Of a stretch of 64,000 nucleotides of DNA, positions 52,588 through 62,285 are shown one piece after another (position 1 is the first letter of the stretch; each line of letters starts with the position of its first letter). Where the stretch lies: positions 7,488,001 through 7,552,000 of the forward strand of contig JASGJH010000001.1 of NCBI GenBank assembly GCA_047601445.1, given 5' to 3'. Under the pieces are notes generated by a model. It was not told the origin of the DNA, searched no databases, and saw only the letters and a program-made list of their open reading frames with translations. Both the position numbers and the translations under genes were made by a program. The stretch comes from Myxococcales bacterium (GTDB taxonomy: Bacteria; Myxococcota_A; Polyangia; Polyangiales; DASUME01).

Positions 52588-54066
52588 CTAGATACTCACC
52601 CAGCCCTTGCTCAGCGCAATCAACGCAAAGACGGCTCCACTGGCCAGCACGGCGAACAGCGCTCCTTCCTTGGCGGAGAAGACCTTGTGTCCGTGCTCTG
52701 TGCGTGACCTCCAGAACAGCACCGTGCCAGGCCCATAAATCAGGCACGAAACGAGGAGGTACTTGGGCCCTGCTGCGTACAACAGAAAGGCCGTGTACAG
52801 GGTGGCGAGGGCCGCGATCAGCAAGCCCGTGCGTTCGGTGGTGCGTCCCAGCTTGCGCTCCTTCCTGCTCGCTAGCGCTAGCTTGAGCGCGAACGCCGCC
52901 GCCAACAGATAGGGCACGAGCGAGAGGGCGCTGGTCAGCTCCAAGGTGAAGTTGAACGCATCATCCGAGAAGAGAGTGATCAGCAGGAACACCTGGGTGA
53001 GTCCCGAGGTGGCTAGCAGAGCCGTCGAGGGAACCCCGCGCCGATTCGTGCGCGAAAACGCGCGCGGCATGTCTTCGTTCTTGGCCGCCATGTACGCCAC
53101 TTCGGTCGCCATCAGGGTCCACGCGAGATAGGCGCCCAGCACCGAGACGATGAGCCCGGTGCCGATGAAGCCCGCGCCCCACCTCCCGACCACAGCCTCG
53201 AGGACTCCGCCCATGGAGGGCTGCCGTAGCTCGCCGAGCGCCTCCCGCGAGAGCACGCCGTAGGAGAGAAGGGTCACCGAGGCGAACAGCGCCAGCACGC
53301 CCACGAAGCCGAGCACCGTGGCCCGTCCGACGTCCTCGCGCCGCTTGGCGTAACGCGAGTACACGCTCGCTCCCTCCACCCCAATGAACACGAACACCGT
53401 GGCGAGCATCGTGGCCTTGATCTGACCGTATAACGCGCCCACGGAGCGCTCGCCGCCACCCCACAGGTTCGCGCTGAACTGACCGCGCTGGACCGCGAAT
53501 GCCACGAGCGCGATGAAGGCCAGGATCGGAATGATCTTGGCTGCAGTGACGACCTGATTGATCCCGGCAGCTTCTTTCACGCCGCGCAGGATCATGATGT
53601 GGAAGGCCCAGATGCCCACGGACGAGATGGCCACCGCGATCAGGGTGTTTCCCTCGCCGAATTTCGGCAGTACGGCACCCAAGGTGGACTTGATCAAGAC
53701 CCAGTAGGTGACGTTGCCCACGCAGGCGCTGGCCCAGAACCCGAAGGCGGACATGAAGCCCAGATAGTGTCCGAAGCCCTCCTTGGCGTAGGCGTAGATG
53801 CCCGCGTCGAGATCGGGACGGCGCACGGCCAGGGACTGGAACACGAAGGCGAGCATCAGCATGCCGAAGCCTGCGATAGTCCAGGCGATCAGCGCGCCGA
53901 AGACGCCCGTGGCCTGGGCGAAGTTTCGCGGTAACGAGAACACGCCCGCGCCCACCATCGAGCCAACCACCATGGCGGTCATGGAGAAGATCGAAAGCTT
54001 TTGGGGCGAGCGCGGAGCTTGCGCTTCCGTGGTCGTTGCCCCGTGGTGCGGACTTGCGATGGTCAT
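52588..54066 (-). CDS. arcD: Arginine/ornithine antiporter, APC family (~492 aa)
   Basis: VVGSMVGAGVFSLP, GIYAYAKEGFG, VFVFIGVEGASVYS; own ATG at 54066; in an operon with arcA. Confidence 0.85.
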   Translation of the reverse strand: MTIASPHHGATTTEAQAPRSPQKLSIFSMTAMVVGSMVGAGVFSLPRNFAQATGVFGALIAWTIAGFGMLMLAFVFQSLAVRRPDLDAGIYAYAKEGFGHYLGFMSAFGFWASACVGNVTYWVLIKSTLGAVLPKFGEGNTLIAVAISSVGIWAFHIMILRGVKEAAGINQVVTAAKIIPILAFIALVAFAVQRGQFSANLWGGGERSVGALYGQIKATMLATVFVFIGVEGASVYSRYAKRREDVGRATVLGFVGVLALFASVTLLSYGVLSREALGELRQPSMGGVLEAVVGRWGAGFIGTGLIVSVLGAYLAWTLMATEVAYMAAKNEDMPRAFSRTNRRGVPSTALLATSGLTQVFLLITLFSDDAFNFTLELTSALSLVPYLLAAAFALKLALASRKERKLGRTTERTGLLIAALATLYTAFLLYAAGPKYLLVSCLIYGPGTVLFWRSRTEHGHKVFSAKEGALFAVLASGAVFALIALSKGWVSI

Positions 54067-55614
54067 ACGGACACTCCCACGGACTTGAGCGGCGGCGCTG
54101 GCGGCGCCGTTCTCTCGAATCTTGAACCCGGTGACCCCATACAAGACGCTGAGGGCCGGACTGAAGATGTTGAAGAACGCGAAGGGCAGATAGGCGAGGG
54201 TCGGAACGCCCAAGACCGCGGCCATGAATGCACCGCAGGAGTTCCACGGGACCAGGGGCGAGGTTACGGTTCCGGAGTCCGCCGCCAGCCGCGACAGGTT
54301 CGTGGCAGCGAGGCCGCGCTTCTCGAACTCGAGCCGGAACACGCGCGCCGGGAGCACGAGGGCGATGTATTGGTCGCCCGCGATGATGTTCAAGCCGAAC
54401 GCATTGGCGAACACCGTGAAGTACAGACGGCCGGTGCTCTTGGCCGAACGGACCATGGGGTCGACCAGGCGCTTGATCATGCCGAAGTCCTCCAGCAAGG
54501 TGCCAAAGGTTACGGCGCCAATGATCAGCCATAGGGTGAGCATCATGCTGTCCATCCCGCCGCGCGTGAGCAGGCGGTCGATGTCGGCATAGCCGGACTT
54601 GATCTCGAAGCCGGTGGCCATGGATTGCCAGATGGCCGCCAGCGCGGTGTGAACCGAGCCGTACTCGGCTTCGCCGACGAAGTTCCGCACCACCTCGGGT
54701 TGCGTGAAGGGCGCCATCAGGCCCGCGAAGAGCGCCGCGGTCATCAGGCTCAAGGCTGCCGGAATCTTACGGATCGACATCACGGCGAGCAGAATCAGCG
54801 GCAGCAGGTTGATCAGCGAGAGATTGTAGATCTGGTCCAGCGACTTCAGCTCGATGCCGGTGTCCAGGGCCTTTTCGGTAGGTGCGCTGAAGCGAGCGAG
54901 CAAGAAGAACCCGAGCAGCGCCAACACGAAGGCCGGAACCGAGGTCCACGCTTGGCGCTTGATGTGCTCGTAGACGTCCACCTTGACCATCTGCGCGGTC
55001 AGGATGGTGGTCTCCGACAGCGGGGACAGCTTGTCTCCGAGATAGGCACCGGAGATCACGGCGCCCGCGGTGATGGCAGGTGACACCCCCAGCATGGTCG
55101 CGATGCCAACCAGGCCCACGCCGATGGTGCCAGCCGTGGTCCAGGAGCTTCCGATCGACATCGCGATGATGCCGCAGATCATCGCGCAGGCCGGGTAATA
55201 CCAGGCCGGCGAGAGTAGCTGCAGGCCATAGTAGACCATGGTCGGGATCGTGCCGGCCAGACACCAGGAGCCGATCAGGGCGCCGACCGCCAACAGGATG
55301 AACACTGCGCTGGTGATGGAGGAGAGCGCGCGTTGACCCGAGGCCTCGACCTTCTCCCACGGGTGTCCGTTCTTCATGATCACCACGCCGGTGACCAGCG
55401 AACACACCACCAGCGCCGCCTGCACCGGTCCGTCGAGCGCGTCGAGGCCGAACAGCAAGATGCCCCCGCCGATCATGATGACCAGCAGGAACATGGGAAA
55501 GAGGGAGTCGAACAAGCTCGGCTCGCGAATCGGTCGGGCAGGCTTGCCCGAGTCCAGCTCCGCGTCGCCTTCTGGATCCATGCCCTCCGGACCGGGTTTG
55601 CCTAGGTCACTCAT
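54063..55614 (-). CDS. nhaC: NhaC-family antiporter (~516 aa after removing one base at about 54118)
   Basis: IGSSWTTAGTIG, GAYLGDKLSPLSETT, TRGGMDSM, DSGTVTSPLVPWNSCG. The corrected frame ends KIERTAPPAPPLKSVGVSV* with an ATGA overlap onto arcD. Confidence 0.82.
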
Positions 55615-55649
55615 AGAACCTCCGAACGTGATGATCGTGAAAGGTCGTC

Positions 55650-56918
55650 TCAGGCGTCACGCAGCAACGGGCAGGTCATGCAGTGGCCGCCGCCGCGACC
55701 CTTGCCGACCTCGAAGCCGTGGATCTCGATGACCTCCACGCCGGCTTCCCGGTACTTTTGATTGCTGTAGATGTTCTTCGAGTAGGCCACGACGACACCG
55801 GGCGAGATCGCCACCAGGTTGTTGCCGCTGTCCCACTGCTCGCGCTCTTGCTGAGCTTCGTCGCCGCCGGTGGTGACCACCTGCAGGTCCTTTTCCTTGA
55901 TGCCGATCGAGTCGGCCACCGCGGCCAGGAAGCTCGGTTCGGGACGCACGTCGAGCACGGCGCCGTTGCCGGGGCGCAGGCTATAGGCCTTGGTCGTCTC
56001 GATCACCTTGGGGTAGACGGTCACCTTGTCGCGGTCCATGAAGGTGAACACCACGTCGAGGTGCATGTAGGAGCGTTTCTTCTCGAGCTCGACGGCGATC
56101 ACGCGCTGCGCCGCTTCCTTCTCGAACAAGCGGGTGGCCAGGAGCTCGACCATTTGGGACGTGGTTCGCTCACTCACGCCCACTAGAATCGTGCCGTTTC
56201 CGACCGGCATCACGTCGCCGCCCTCGAGCGCCGAGCGTCCGAAGTCCTGGATGTCGAACTCGTCGTGCTCCTCGGCGTGGCCCTTGTCCGGGTACCAGAA
56301 CTGGAAGTCGGCATCGCGGAACATCGGATGAAAGCGGTAGATGACCCCGACGTTGACCGTCTCCAGTTGACGCGAGGGGTAGTGCATCGGGTTGAGCGAG
56401 ACCCCGTCGTAGAGCCAGCAGGAGGAGTCCCGCGTGAAGAGATGGTTTGGGAGCGGGGGGAGAATGAAGGCCGCGTCGCCGGTGGTGGAGGCCGTCAGCG
56501 AGTGCAACTCTAGATCGCGATCGGTGTGCTCCATCAGCTCCGCGCGCGTCACCCCTCCGATCAGATGTTTCGCCAGGTCTTCCGGGCTCATCGCGAATAG
56601 GGCCGCGCGTACAGCCTCGACCGCGGCGGGCCCGACCGTATAGGGGCTGACCGTGTGCTCGATGGCCCACTCCTTGGCGCCCGGGGTGGCGAGCGCCTGC
56701 GCAAGCAGCTCTTGCACGTAGAAGACCTCGACGCCGCGGCTACGGAACTCCTGGGCGAATTGATCGTGCTCTCGCTGGGCCTGCTCGACCCACAGCACGT
56801 CATCGAAGAGCAACTCGTCTCGATTGGATGGCGTGAGGCGCTTCAAGCTGAGGTCCGGTCGATGGACCATCACTTTGCGAAGCTTTCCGACCTCGGAATG
56901 GACACCAAAGGCTTGCAT
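55650..56918 (-). CDS. arcA: Arginine deiminase
   Basis: GVHSEVGKLRKVMVHRP, LLFDD, LPNHLFTRD, LEGGD, MHLD, GRGGGHCMTCP; GGAG RBS. Confidence 0.96.
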   Translation of the reverse strand: MQAFGVHSEVGKLRKVMVHRPDLSLKRLTPSNRDELLFDDVLWVEQAQREHDQFAQEFRSRGVEVFYVQELLAQALATPGAKEWAIEHTVSPYTVGPAAVEAVRAALFAMSPEDLAKHLIGGVTRAELMEHTDRDLELHSLTASTTGDAAFILPPLPNHLFTRDSSCWLYDGVSLNPMHYPSRQLETVNVGVIYRFHPMFRDADFQFWYPDKGHAEEHDEFDIQDFGRSALEGGDVMPVGNGTILVGVSERTTSQMVELLATRLFEKEAAQRVIAVELEKKRSYMHLDVVFTFMDRDKVTVYPKVIETTKAYSLRPGNGAVLDVRPEPSFLAAVADSIGIKEKDLQVVTTGGDEAQQEREQWDSGNNLVAISPGVVVAYSKNIYSNQKYREAGVEVIEIHGFEVGKGRGGGHCMTCPLLRDA

Positions 56919-57019
56919 TTGACGGCTCCTCCTAGAGCGCGATGGGCTCAACTCACGTTGTTCCTCGGTTGCGCTCTCCGCAAGGGAGCGCCTGAGGGGC
57001 GCCGCTCGAAGAGATGCGA

Positions 57020-57054
57020 GGACGTGCAGGAGTACGTGGACGTGCAGGAGTACG
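57020..57054. repeat. Short intergenic tandem repeat GACGTGCAGGAGTACG x2 (18-bp period)
   Basis: Seen directly upstream of arcA, within a (C/T)ACG-rich 6-bp periodic tract. Confidence 0.7.
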
Positions 57055-57169
57055 AGGGCGTGCGCGAAGGCGAAGCAGGTGCTTGTGCGAGCGCGAGGCC
57101 GTGCAGGTTACCCGAGCACGCCCGCATGCTCGAGTCGACAAGCCTTCACGTCCGCGTGCACGCGCACGC

Positions 57170-58231
57170 TCATGGAGCGCGCTTACGCTGGCCGGTCGCT
57201 TTGCGAGTCTCGGTCGAGGCCGCGCGGCGGCGCGCTGCTTCCTTGCGTTCTCGGTACACCGAGGGCGGCACGTCTTCCCAGCGCTTGAAGGCGCGGCGAA
57301 AGTTCGCCAGGTCCGTGTAGCCCAGGCGATAGGCGATCTCATCCATGTTGAAGTGGCCGGAGCTCACGTGCTCGACGGCCAGCGTGTGACGCACCGACTC
57401 GAGCTGCGCGCGGTAGGACGTGCCCTCGTCGACCAACCTGCGATGCAGCGTGCGCGGCGTCACGTGCAGCATGCGCGCCGCGACCGTCAACGAAGGAAAG
57501 CGGTGCTGCTTCTCCAGGAGCAAGCGGCGCACGCGCGCCCCGAGCGTTTCGTTCTCGGTGAGCTGTTCGAGCTCACGCTGACAGATCAAGGCCGCTTCCT
57601 GGAAGGCCGCGGGGTCAGCGAGCTTCAGCGGAGCGTCCAAGACCTCGCGCGCCGCCGAGAAGCCCGCCCAGTCTTGCCCGTAGGTCACCTTGCAACCGAA
57701 CATCTCGCGCGCGAGGGGCGCGTACTCCGGGGCCGGGAAGGGGAAGGCCACCTCGTGCACCTGACAGGCTCCCATGGTGGCGGCGTCGAGCACGTTCTTG
57801 ATGCTGAGCACCACCGCCTCGAGCAACGGACGCTGGATGGGCCCGAGCGGCAGCACTTCGTCGAAGCGCACGCGCGCCATGCTGTCCTCGATCTCGTGTG
57901 AGATTGCAAACAGCGAGATGCGCAGGCGTGAGAAGCGCTCCACGATCTCGAGGGCCCCTTTGACCGTGCTGCTGTTGATGGCGGCAAAGCCGACCATGCC
58001 GTGGGTGGTGGCCACCAGGCGCTCCCCCACGAACAGTCCGAGCGCCGGCTCCCGGGAGCTTTCGAGCGCGTCGAGCACGAGGCCGCGGAAGGTCGGATAG
58101 GGCAAAAGGTGGGCGGGCTCGCGAGCGAGGCCGTTGCGATGCAGCCATTCTTCGACGTTTACGCCGCTGCTGCGCAGCTGGTCCGCGATGGGCCGCACGT
58201 ACTCGACGGGAACCGTGAAATCCTCGTGCAT
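57170..58231 (-). CDS. AraC-family transcriptional regulator
   Basis: EPALGL.VG......HG.VGFA N-terminal domain; VAARMLHVTPRTLHRRL...IAYRLGYTDLANFRRAFKRW. Confidence 0.93.
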   Translation of the reverse strand: MHEDFTVPVEYVRPIADQLRSSGVNVEEWLHRNGLAREPAHLLPYPTFRGLVLDALESSREPALGLFVGERLVATTHGMVGFAAINSSTVKGALEIVERFSRLRISLFAISHEIEDSMARVRFDEVLPLGPIQRPLLEAVVLSIKNVLDAATMGACQVHEVAFPFPAPEYAPLAREMFGCKVTYGQDWAGFSAAREVLDAPLKLADPAAFQEAALICQRELEQLTENETLGARVRRLLLEKQHRFPSLTVAARMLHVTPRTLHRRLVDEGTSYRAQLESVRHTLAVEHVSSGHFNMDEIAYRLGYTDLANFRRAFKRWEDVPPSVYRERKEAARRRAASTETRKATGQRKRAP

Positions 58232-58257
58232 GGGGCGACCTCACCGCCTCGAACGAT

Positions 58258-58293
58258 TGTCCATAAATGACCCCTGCCTGTCAATAAATGACC
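58258..58293. promoter_or_regulatory. Tandem AraC-type binding sites TGTC(C/A)ATAAATGACC, 21-bp period
   Basis: Two 15-bp copies (58258-58272 and 58279-58293) with one mismatch, in the divergent araC/alkB gap. Confidence 0.75.
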
Positions 58294-58361
58294 TCCTCGC
58301 GCTGCTCACGCTTCCTTACAAAGGTCGTCGACCCACACGCAGGCGGGTTCAGGAGTACGTC

Positions 58362-60611
58362 ATGGCGAGCGGCAGTCCCAAGCGTCTGACCACCTTACGG
58401 ATCAATGACCAAACCATCACCGCCGAGCCCAAGCAGACGGTTCTGGAGGCCGCCCTACGCCATGGCATCGACTTCCCCAACAGCTGTCGCGTGGGCGGCT
58501 GCGGTAGCTGCAAATGCAAGCTCACCCGGGGCAAGGTGAAGGAGCTCACGGAGACGGGCTATCTGCTCACGGCCGACGAGCTCGAGCAGGGCTACGTGCT
58601 GGCCTGTCAGAGCATTCCCCAGTCCGACGTGGAGATCCAGGTGGACCTCGAGCACGCCGCGGAGCGCGGCATCGCAGGGCGCATCGTGGCGCAGGAGCAG
58701 GTCTCCCACGACATCATGCAGCTCACGGTGCAGCTCGAGCGCGAGCTGAGCTATCGGGCAGGGCAGTTCGCGAACCTGAGCATCGAGGGGTTACCCGGCG
58801 TGGTCCGCAGTTACTCGTTCGCCTCCCCGGCGCGCCCCGACGGACGCGTCAGCTTCTTCATCCGCAAGGTCCCGGGCGGGCGCTTCTCCAGTCTGGTCAA
58901 CGAGAAGGTCCTGCTCGGCCGCAGCATCCGCGTGGACGGGCCTGCGGGAGATTTTTGGCTGCGTCCCGGGACCGCCCCGCTCTTGCTGGTGGCCGGCGGC
59001 AGCGGTCTCGCGCCTATTCTCGCCATCCTCCAAGAAGCGCTGGCGTCCGGCGTGTCGCGCCCCGTGACTTTGCTGTTCGGCGCCCGCGAGGCCAAGGACC
59101 TGTACGCGTTGAATGAGATCCAGGCCATTGCCCGTGACTGGCGTGGAGTCTTCCGCTTCGTCCCCGTGCTCTCGGCCGCAGAGAACGATGCCAGTTGGGA
59201 CGGCGCGCGCGGGCTCGTGACGGACCACATCCCCGAGTTTCTCGAGCCAGGCACGCACGGCTATCTGTGTGGCCCACCGGCCATGATCGACAACGCCATC
59301 GTGCAGCTTCGCACCTACGGCATGGCGTCCGAGCACATCCACTTCGACCGCTTCACCACCCAGGCCGACGCTGCCTTGGCGAAGACGGCCGACGTCGTGG
59401 CGGAGAGTGTCCCGACCGCGGGATTCACCGACTACCTCAAGTACTTCGCGTTCCATCTGATCGGCTTGCTGGCCACCATCGCCACGGTCGGTGGTGGACG
59501 TTTCGCCTCGGCGGGCCTCTTGGCCGTGGTGGGACTGTACATGCTCGGCGACGCCTACCTCGGTGACGATACCTCCACGCCGCATTTCAAGCGGCCCGGC
59601 GTCCTCACGGTTCAACTGTGGCTGGCCCTGCCGCTGCTCGCGCTCATCGTGTTCGCTGCGGTGTGGACGGTTTCGCCTGGGGACCCGCTCGGCTTCGGCG
59701 CTTGGATTCAGGGCTGGAGCACCTATGATGTGTTCGCGGCCCGAGAGCGCACCCAGAACGGGCACCTGTTCTCCATCTTCGTGCTGGCGGGCTTGATGAT
59801 CGGCATGGTCGGCACCATCACCGCGCACGAGCTCACTCATCGCACCTGGGATCGCGTCTCGATGGTGGTCGGGCGTTGGCTGCTCGCCTTCAGCTTCGAC
59901 ACCAACTTCTCCATCGAGCACGTCTACGGACATCACCGCTACGTCTCCACCATTGAGGACCCGGCCACGGCGCCGCGCGGTCGCAACGTCTACTTCCACG
60001 TCATCGCCTCCACGCTCAAGGGCAACGTCAGCGCCTGGAAGATCGAGGCGGAGCGTCTGCGCAAGAAGAAGCTCGGCTTGTTCTCCTGGCACAACACCGT
60101 GATCCGCGGACAGCTGATGAGCCTCAGCATCGTCGCCGCCGCCTACGCCATGGGCGGCCTGTACGGGGCGCTGTTCTTCGTGTGCTGCGGACTCTGGGGC
60201 AAGGCCTTGCTCGAGATCGTCAACTACATGGAGCACTACGGCATGGTGCGAAACCCGGAGACGCCCGTGCAGCCGCGTCACTCCTGGAACACCAACCGCC
60301 GCATCAGCTCCTGGACGATGTTCAACCTCACGCGGCACTCCCACCACCACGCGCAGGGCGAGGTCCCGTACCACGACCTCAAGCCCTATCCAGACGCGCC
60401 CATGATGATCAATGGCTACCTCACCACCATCGTCGTGGCCATGATCCCGCCCCTCTGGCACAAGCTCATGACGCCCAAGGTGCTCGCCTGGGATCGCGAC
60501 TACGCTACCGCAGAGGAACTCGAGCTCGCTGCGCGCGCCAACGCGAAGAGCGGGATTCCCCAGATGACCCGGCAGGTGTCGTCGCCGGGTACGCCGCGGT
60601 TCGAGCACTGA
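58362..60611 (+). CDS. 2Fe-2S ferredoxin / FAD-NAD(P)H reductase / AlkB-XylM-type membrane diiron monooxygenase fusion (749 aa)
   Basis: CRVGGCGSC...LACQ; RSYS, GGSGLAP, YLCGPP; His boxes HELTH, EHVYGHH, NYMEHYG, LTRHSHHH; AGGAG RBS. Confidence 0.93.
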   Translation: MASGSPKRLTTLRINDQTITAEPKQTVLEAALRHGIDFPNSCRVGGCGSCKCKLTRGKVKELTETGYLLTADELEQGYVLACQSIPQSDVEIQVDLEHAAERGIAGRIVAQEQVSHDIMQLTVQLERELSYRAGQFANLSIEGLPGVVRSYSFASPARPDGRVSFFIRKVPGGRFSSLVNEKVLLGRSIRVDGPAGDFWLRPGTAPLLLVAGGSGLAPILAILQEALASGVSRPVTLLFGAREAKDLYALNEIQAIARDWRGVFRFVPVLSAAENDASWDGARGLVTDHIPEFLEPGTHGYLCGPPAMIDNAIVQLRTYGMASEHIHFDRFTTQADAALAKTADVVAESVPTAGFTDYLKYFAFHLIGLLATIATVGGGRFASAGLLAVVGLYMLGDAYLGDDTSTPHFKRPGVLTVQLWLALPLLALIVFAAVWTVSPGDPLGFGAWIQGWSTYDVFAARERTQNGHLFSIFVLAGLMIGMVGTITAHELTHRTWDRVSMVVGRWLLAFSFDTNFSIEHVYGHHRYVSTIEDPATAPRGRNVYFHVIASTLKGNVSAWKIEAERLRKKKLGLFSWHNTVIRGQLMSLSIVAAAYAMGGLYGALFFVCCGLWGKALLEIVNYMEHYGMVRNPETPVQPRHSWNTNRRISSWTMFNLTRHSHHHAQGEVPYHDLKPYPDAPMMINGYLTTIVVAMIPPLWHKLMTPKVLAWDRDYATAEELELAARANAKSGIPQMTRQVSSPGTPRFEH

Positions 60612-60662
60612 GCCGAGGAGGCCAGGTAGGCGCAAATTCTTCGCCTCCGCGCAGAATTTGCT

Positions 60663-61124
60663 CTAGCGGTCTGCCGCGGAATCCGCGGTTTCCCGTGCGC
60701 GCAGGGCGGCCTTCTTGATGACGAGCAGCGGCACCGGGGCATGGCGCATGACCTCGAAGGCCACACTGCTCGAAGTCCAGCGATTGAAGCCGTGGCGGCT
60801 GTTGGTGCCCATGACGATGAGGTCCGCGTGGATCTCTTGGGCCACGCGCACGATCGTCTCCGCCGGATCGCCGAACTGGATGAAGGCACGATTTATGCGA
60901 CCGCTCGGCTCCAAGCGCTTCTCGAGCTCGGCCATCTCCCTGCGTAGCTCGTCGGTCTCTCGATTGACTGGTGGCACGCCGCCGACGGGCGTGTAGACGC
61001 TCACCACGCTGAGTTTCCCGTCGAATAGCTCTGCCAATTCGAGCGCATGGTCCACGACGCCGCGGCCAAGCACGCTGAAGTCGGTGGCAGCCAAGAGGTT
61101 CTTGGCGATCTGCATAGCTTCCAT
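60663..61124 (-). CDS. Universal stress protein
   Basis: LLAATDFS...GDPAETIV......ADLIVMGT...SVAFEVMRHAPVPLLV. Confidence 0.9.
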   Translation of the reverse strand: MEAMQIAKNLLAATDFSVLGRGVVDHALELAELFDGKLSVVSVYTPVGGVPPVNRETDELRREMAELEKRLEPSGRINRAFIQFGDPAETIVRVAQEIHADLIVMGTNSRHGFNRWTSSSVAFEVMRHAPVPLLVIKKAALRARETADSAADR

Positions 61125-61259
61125 CCTCGGCCGGCGCGTCGTGGCCAGCATCCGGGCCGTTGCAAGGGACGGGCCGGGAGACGAGGCGTGGCCCTCAATG
61201 CTGGTTTGAAGATTGCTATGGCTGGATCGACCGGCGTGCGTCGACCAGAGGACCGACCC

Positions 61260-61682
61260 ATGAGATACCGAACCATCCTGCTTGCGCTCGACATGGACGC
61301 GAAGAACGCGTCCGTGATCGACTACGCGTTCGCCTTTGCCGAGAAGGCAGGCGCCACGTTGCACACGCTGCATGCGTGTCCGGTGGGCGTGGCCCCGGGG
61401 GGCGCTGAGAGCCGCTACTACGCCGACCTGCGTGAGCGCGCGAAACAGGAAATGGAGCAGGCGCTCGCCCTTCACCGCGGCTCGCCGAGCCGGGGCAAGA
61501 GCTTCCTCGACCTGAACGAGCCGATTACGGCGATCGTCAACACTGCAGCGAAGCTTGGTGCCGACCTCGTCATCCTCAGCACGCACGGGAGGCAGGGACT
61601 CGAGCGCGTCGTCGTGGGGAGTGTCGCGGAAGGCGTGCTCGACGAGGTTCAAGTTCCCGTGCTTGTCATGCGATCGTCCTGA
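61260..61682 (+). CDS. Universal stress protein
   Basis: YRTILLALD...ADLVILSTHGRQGLERVVVGSVAEGVL....VPVLV. Confidence 0.9.
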   Translation: MRYRTILLALDMDAKNASVIDYAFAFAEKAGATLHTLHACPVGVAPGGAESRYYADLRERAKQEMEQALALHRGSPSRGKSFLDLNEPITAIVNTAAKLGADLVILSTHGRQGLERVVVGSVAEGVLDEVQVPVLVMRSS

Positions 61683-61837
61683 CGGTTGCCAGGCACCTTG
61701 CAGGGGCCGATGTGTGCCGTCTGGCCCAACCTGGTCGATTCGGCTCAAACCGTGTGGAGCGGAGAGCATTCACGGTTTTGCTGCGCCGATGCGTTCCCAG
61801 CCTGTGATATCAATCGACTCCTGGCTGGGGGGCGCAC

Positions 61838-62281
61838 GTGGAAAATCGCTTGGTATCGACGAACATTGCAATCACCCGCGTTGGAGGATTGCTCGTGACG
61901 TGCGTGGGCGCGGGCGATCCCTCGGACGCCGAGGTCGATCAGATGATCAAGCGCTTTGCGATGGCTGACTTCGAGAACCTCTTGTTCTCTGCGCGCAGCG
62001 GCGGGCCGAACTCCAAGCAACGAGCCCGCATCGCCGAGTACTGGAAGAGCACGCCCACCGGAAAGCCGCCGCGCACCGTGGTGATCTCCGACTCGGCGGC
62101 GGCGCGCTTCGTCACACAGGCCATCTCCTGGTTGCTCGGAGTGGACACCAAGTGCCTACCCTCCAAGGAGCTCGAGCAAGGCCTCGCTCATCTTGGCTGC
62201 AGCAACCTGTTCGCGGAGGTGGCGGGAACCATCGCCAGTCTGCACGCGGCCATCGAGTTCAAGGCCCGACGCACCGGCTGA
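61838..62281 (+). CDS. Small hypothetical protein (myxobacterial STAS/SpoIIAA-like)
   Basis: PSDAE....GGPNSKQR...VVISDS..ARFV..AISWL. Start uncertain. Confidence 0.6.
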   Translation: MENRLVSTNIAITRVGGLLVTCVGAGDPSDAEVDQMIKRFAMADFENLLFSARSGGPNSKQRARIAEYWKSTPTGKPPRTVVISDSAAARFVTQAISWLLGVDTKCLPSKELEQGLAHLGCSNLFAEVAGTIASLHAAIEFKARRTG

Positions 62282-62285
62282 TTCG

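Noticed and set aside
52588..55614. Apparent 1,008-aa NhaC-ArcD transporter fusion in the ORF track
   Set aside because: Removing one T from GATTC (54117-54121, minus strand) gives a natural nhaC end with a TGA overlapping the arcD ATG. This matches the GATC error pattern, so the fusion is probably an artefact.
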